In this document: in pieces, positions 60,083 through 64,000 of the stretch
How positions within the stretch are numbered: the stretch's first letter is position 1
How the letters are laid out: each line of letters opens with the position of its first letter
DNA from: a virus
Lineage: Duplodnaviria > Heunggongvirae > Uroviricota > Caudoviricetes
IMG/VR virus record: IMGVR_UViG_2938655777_000006
Location: 16,983 to 80,982 of that record
DNA: 64,000 nt
Direction: 5' to 3' (one strand)
The notes under the pieces: generated by a model
Database searches by the model: none
Told to the model about the DNA's origin: nothing
Seen by the model: only the letters and a program-made list of their open reading frames with translations
Position numbers and translations under genes: made by a program

Positions 60083-60126
60083 AAATATAATGAAGTGTTG
60101 ACTTAACGAAAACATCGTGATATATT
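60083..60126 (+). promoter_or_regulatory. SigA promoter of the tRNA/recombination operon
   Basis: AAATATAATGAA 60083-60094; TTGACT (60098)-N17-TATATT (60121); ACGAAAAC in the spacer. Confidence 0.75.
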
Positions 60127-60200
60127 TAATTAGCAAGGTGATTGACCTCATAAAAGAATACTTTTATCAAGACAGATTGTTACCAAAAGGCAATAAATAA

Positions 60201-60277
60201 GAATCTTTCGTATAAGTGGTTAATACACCAATCTCATAAATTGGCTGATGCCCGTTCAAGTCGGGTGAGACCCACCA
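60201..60277 (+). tRNA. tRNA with CAU anticodon (Met or Ile2), acceptor stem degenerate
   Basis: D arm GTAT/ATAC, anticodon arm CCAAT-CTCATAA-ATTGG, T arm GCCCG-TTCAAGT-CGGGT, encoded CCA; A2:C71 and A3:C70 mismatches. Confidence 0.8.
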
Positions 60278-60590
60278 AAAATAACACACAATAATGTGTG
60301 ATTATATAGATGAAATATAACTGAAAGGATGTGTTGAAGCATGAATAGGTTTTACGGTAGAGGTTTTACTTAGTTTTTAATGAAGCAAGTCAATTAGAGC
60401 GTCATTATTTAAAAGAAGTACATACAATATTAACGTGCTTTGCACGATTATATAGATGCAACTCATTTCACTTTGCAAAGGTGGTGATATGAATCAAAAA
60501 TAAGTTGAGAAGTCCTCCCTTTTATGATTGATCAGATTTAGATTAATCAAATGAAAATAATAACATATAAAAGGGAGATATAAAATACAT

Positions 60591-61745
60591 ATGGCAGACT
60601 ATAAGATTAAGGTAAATAAAAAACACGGTGGCAAAGAATTTAAAAGCGCATTTCGGTATATCGGGAAAGTAAGCGAGATTAGTAAAAAGGATCAAGAAAC
60701 AGACAGTTGGGTTAAGCAGCCTATTTATCAACAAACGACTACGAAAACAGGTAAACAGCGAAGAGTACTTCAGTTTGAAATTGAAACTGCTCTAAGCAAT
60801 CGACTACGAGTAGAACTTTCAGGCATGGAACAGCAATGGGTTTATCCGTATAGTAGAACACATAATCAATCACAGAAGGTAGCTTGGGCAGACAGAAATA
60901 ATAAGGATGCCTTTCCCGATACTACATATCATCCTATTGAGGTAGATTGGGATAAAGCAGAACGTCTTGGTGAGTTGGTTAAAGTGGATGAGTGGTATGA
61001 AGTAAGAGGACAATATCAATTCGATGTTTTTACCCCAGACAATGGTGAGGAAAAGGTTTACCTAAAACGCATTATCAATTCTGTTCGCCCAATTAAAGAT
61101 GGTCTGATTGTCAATGATGATGGTACAACTCAAACAGTCAAACACTCTGGAGTAGAATTTGATTACATTACAGACTTCAATGATGAAAAATTCAGAGAAG
61201 TAAATTACTTTACAATGCAGCTCGGCATTCGAAGTACCTATCAAGAAGAAAATGGAGACACAAAGGTTAACGCACTGTTTCTTGATTACGGAAAAGAGCG
61301 TTCTGAGCCAAAAGATGTTGAATTGATTTGTTATCAAACAGAGGCAGTAGAAGGAAAGATCTCAATGGCAGATGCATTTGCAAGCTTGAATACATATGAT
61401 TTCATCGAAGCAACAGGGCAAGATAATAACCGTGCAACATTTGCTTATGTAGATGTAGTGGAAGAATTAGCTTCAGACGATCCTTTTAGCGATGTAGACG
61501 ATGCTCAAAAAGTAACGAGAAAAGAACGCGTAACAAACGGAGACAAAAAAGGACTTGAAGTAGCCAGTTATATACAGGGAAGCCTTATGCGTGAACTGCT
61601 TACAGAAGAAGAGTTCAAGAAGTCTGCTGTTTTGACAAATGAAAATCCATTTAGTGGCAGTGTTGCAAGTGATGATCCGTTTAATCAAACAGCCAATCCA
61701 TCCGATGATCCATTTACAGCAAATAACGACGATCCTTTCGCGTGA
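60591..61745 (+). CDS. Putative single-stranded DNA-binding protein
   Basis: Beta-rich body with acidic C-terminal tail DDPF repeated; next to an AAA recombinase. Confidence 0.6.
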   Translation: MADYKIKVNKKHGGKEFKSAFRYIGKVSEISKKDQETDSWVKQPIYQQTTTKTGKQRRVLQFEIETALSNRLRVELSGMEQQWVYPYSRTHNQSQKVAWADRNNKDAFPDTTYHPIEVDWDKAERLGELVKVDEWYEVRGQYQFDVFTPDNGEEKVYLKRIINSVRPIKDGLIVNDDGTTQTVKHSGVEFDYITDFNDEKFREVNYFTMQLGIRSTYQEENGDTKVNALFLDYGKERSEPKDVELICYQTEAVEGKISMADAFASLNTYDFIEATGQDNNRATFAYVDVVEELASDDPFSDVDDAQKVTRKERVTNGDKKGLEVASYIQGSLMRELLTEEEFKKSAVLTNENPFSGSVASDDPFNQTANPSDDPFTANNDDPFA

Positions 61746-61834
61746 GAGTAGATTCTTACAATTTATTAGAAAACGGTCTGTGTGTAAAAGCGCAGACCAA
61801 ACATAAATACATATAACAGGGAGAGATTCATTTA

Positions 61835-63013
61835 ATGAGTTGGAGAAATAAAGTTGTTGGTAATACGCCTAAAGTTGAGCTGCATTCTATCACAAGTCTG
61901 GTTGCTGGTACGTATAAAACAGGAAAAACGCGACTTTGGAAAGAACTAACTGAAATGCACTACAAAAATCCAGTAGAAGAAACGCTACTTATCGCGTGGG
62001 AGCCGGGATTCGAGACTTGGGAATTGGAAGAAAATGTTCTACCTATTTTTGAAGAAGGGTCGGACGAAGATGCTTGGAAGCAATGGGAGTTTTTTAAAAA
62101 AGATGTGGTTCCCGGTCTCGTACAAGAAGCAAAAGAAAACAAAAAAGTTAAGTTGATCGGATTCGATACGGCAGATCGTTGTATTGATGCAGCAACGGCT
62201 TGGTTGCTAAAAGATAGAGCTAAAAAATATGGGGTCGCTCGACTTGTTTCATTGCAAGAACTAACTGAAGCTTCTAAGGGAGCAGAGAATGGATACACTG
62301 CGCTCTATGATGAAATGAAAAAGCCAATTGACGCTCTCAAAGCAGCTAAATATGGAATTATGGCAATGGCTTGGACTAAGGAAAAAGAAACTACTCTGTA
62401 CAATGGTATGAAATATAATTCTGTCGAACTTATGATGCATCAAACAGGAAGAAAGATATTTGAATCTCAAGCAAGATTGATTTGCTGCCTATTTAATGAA
62501 GTTGTGGTCACAGATAAAGCAGGCAGTGAAGTTTCAGAAAATGTCAAGACTAAAGCAGGAAAAGAAAAAGGTCACAACTTTCATGAAACTCGTACGGTAA
62601 TGGTCTTTAGACCAACTGAGTACATCTCTATTGCTGGGGGAAGCTACACAGATCTTCCCGAAGAGCCAGTAGAGTATAGTGCAGAAAACTTTATGAAGGT
62701 GTTTGAGAATGCAGTTAAGGGGCAACTAAAAAAAACAAAGAAGAACATTGAAGAACTGAAGGTCGAACAAGAACAAGAGCGTAACGAACGAGCGAAGGAA
62801 TTTGCAACGCAAGAAGTAGAAAAACTAAATGCGGAAGATTTGATAAATAAGATTAACCAACAAAAAGAAAGATACACTAACGATCAACTAGCAAAATACA
62901 TTGTTCCAGAGTTCAAAACAATTCTTGGAACAGCAGCATATCCAACAGTTACAGATGTGGACGCTCTTACCAAAGCGCTTAAAGTAATTGCTGAGTTCCA
63001 GTTGCCAGCATAA
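61835..63013 (+). CDS. AAA ATPase, Sak4/YorG-like ssDNA-annealing recombinase
   Basis: Walker A AGTYKTGKT, IGFDTAD, G..GY motif. Confidence 0.75.
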   Translation: MSWRNKVVGNTPKVELHSITSLVAGTYKTGKTRLWKELTEMHYKNPVEETLLIAWEPGFETWELEENVLPIFEEGSDEDAWKQWEFFKKDVVPGLVQEAKENKKVKLIGFDTADRCIDAATAWLLKDRAKKYGVARLVSLQELTEASKGAENGYTALYDEMKKPIDALKAAKYGIMAMAWTKEKETTLYNGMKYNSVELMMHQTGRKIFESQARLICCLFNEVVVTDKAGSEVSENVKTKAGKEKGHNFHETRTVMVFRPTEYISIAGGSYTDLPEEPVEYSAENFMKVFENAVKGQLKKTKKNIEELKVEQEQERNERAKEFATQEVEKLNAEDLINKINQQKERYTNDQLAKYIVPEFKTILGTAAYPTVTDVDALTKALKVIAEFQLPA

Positions 63014-63100
63014 TACATAGAACTGATAAAAGACAGATTTGATCAGAAAATAGCCTCACTATAAAAGTGGGGCTTCATACTAAAACAGGAGCGTGATACG

Positions 63101-63607
63101 TTGGGTGAGCTAATCCTCTCTCTGCTATTGGCGCTATCAGTATACAACAACACTGAAGCACAAAGTGTCAATCAAGTACGAGAAATGAAAAACACGACTA
63201 TTATCAAGCAAGAAACAAAGGTCGCCAAGTTGGATCAGGTTGAACAGGTTAATCATAAGCAAGATACATATAAATCGGAACGTTTTGAATTAACGGCATA
63301 TACCAATAATCAGGGCAGAAGTGTACACAGTAAAGATTATGGCAGAACTGCTTCAGGTAAGATGACAAAATCAGGCGTGACAATAGCTGCTGACTGGAGA
63401 GTACTGCCCAAAGGAACAGTTGTATATATTGAAGGTGTAGGCAAAAGAGTGGTACAGGACAAAGGTGGAGCCATTAAAGGTCATAAGATTGATGTGTATG
63501 TCAGAACAGAAAGTGAAGCAAGACAATTTGGTAGAAAGAAACATGTAAAAGTACGAGTCATTAAGTGGGGAGAGAATAAAGATCGACAATCAGGAACAGC
63601 GAATTGA
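63101..63607 (+). CDS. 3D-domain (MltA-like) cell-wall protein with signal peptide
   Basis: LTAYT, TASG, IAAD.RVLP.GT, QDKGGAIKG.KIDVY. Confidence 0.9.
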   Translation: MGELILSLLLALSVYNNTEAQSVNQVREMKNTTIIKQETKVAKLDQVEQVNHKQDTYKSERFELTAYTNNQGRSVHSKDYGRTASGKMTKSGVTIAADWRVLPKGTVVYIEGVGKRVVQDKGGAIKGHKIDVYVRTESEARQFGRKKHVKVRVIKWGENKDRQSGTAN

Positions 63608-63869
63608 GAAGATTTGCGGTGAGGTTGAGTCACTTCTAAAAAGAAAGAACCATGATTACGGAAATTCTTTTAGTATCCAGTTTGAGAAATATGGAATTCT
63701 AAGTGCGCTAATTCGCATGGACGATAAAATGAGAAGACTTGAAAATTTGGTTCAAGGAAGTAAGGCTAAAGTTGAAGAATCAATTGAAGATACATTACTT
63801 GATCAAATTGGCTATGGAATACTCGCTTTAGTTGAATTAAGAAAACAGAAAGAGGGATTGAATGGCTAA
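63582..63869 (+). CDS. Nucleotide-modification-associated domain protein (DUF1599/Nmad-like), non-canonical start
   Basis: KNHDYGNSF, IRMDDKMRRL, IEDTLLD..GY. Frame opens after TAA 63546; no ATG/GTG/TTG before the conserved core; SD GGGGAG precedes ATA 63576 and ATC 63582. Confidence 0.8.
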   Translation: MDNQEQRIEKICGEVESLLKRKNHDYGNSFSIQFEKYGILSALIRMDDKMRRLENLVQGSKAKVEESIEDTLLDQIGYGILALVELRKQKEGLNG

Positions 63870-64000
63870 GAAAGTATTAGCTGTCGATCAGGACAATGTT
63901 ATTGCCGACCTGCTCACTGAGTGGGTACGGCGTTACAATCTTGATTACAATGACAATTTAGACCCAGAAGAAATTAATGCTTGGAATTGGCATCATTTAT
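63862..64000 (+). CDS. 5'(3')-deoxyribonucleotidase (HAD, YorS-like), truncated by the window edge
   Basis: MAKKVLAVDQDNVIADL: HAD DxD motif. Confidence 0.75.
   Translation, partial: MAKKVLAVDQDNVIADLLTEWVRRYNLDYNDNLDPEEINAWNWHHL

Noticed and set aside
59410-60195. Similar quasi-palindromes TACCTTTTGGCAG (about 59420) and TTACCAAAAGGCAA (about 60180) as an operator
   Set aside because: Only two degenerate copies; could be chance
60201-60277. tRNA(CAU) as a special initiator explaining the ATA starts
   Set aside because: Lacks initiator hallmarks (no C1:A72 mismatch, no three G:C pairs in the anticodon stem)

Overview
The whole window is phage DNA, with no host housekeeping genes visible. 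It is a large, AT-rich, SPbeta-like temperate siphovirus (prophage or phage-plasmid) of a Bacillales host; the agrBD and RsfA-type genes suggest Paenibacillaceae (inference). Positions 1-26.8 kb (minus strand) hold the late module: YonO-type RNA polymerase, HU, phosphoesterase, HNH endonuclease, terminase, portal, protease/scaffold, capsid, head-tail genes, tail tube, three glycosyltransferases, a tyrosine recombinase and a partial tape measure gene. Positions 26.9-64 kb (mostly plus strand) hold replication, regulatory and accessory genes: YopP-like recombinase, frameshifted RecD2, a Rep-like gene with 22-bp-period iterons, twin type-I toxin-like modules, about 35 small ORFs, RsfA-like factor, orphan MazF, XRE switch, YopQ/MrpR repression genes, an agr-like cassette, a degenerate tRNA(CAU), and SSB/Sak4-like genes. 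Most notable: (1) a kinase-less agr-type peptide system next to the master repressor, with no arbitrium genes seen in the window; (2) at least 26 copies of a palindrome, RTVAAA-N6-TTTBAY, at gene junctions, resembling recombinase-bounded gene cassettes; (3) three glycosyltransferases inside the virion operon; (4) repeated use of ATA/ATC/CTG start codons, including terminase; (5) a candidate pseudoknotted ncRNA. All product calls come from motif and family recognition by eye; no database search was run.
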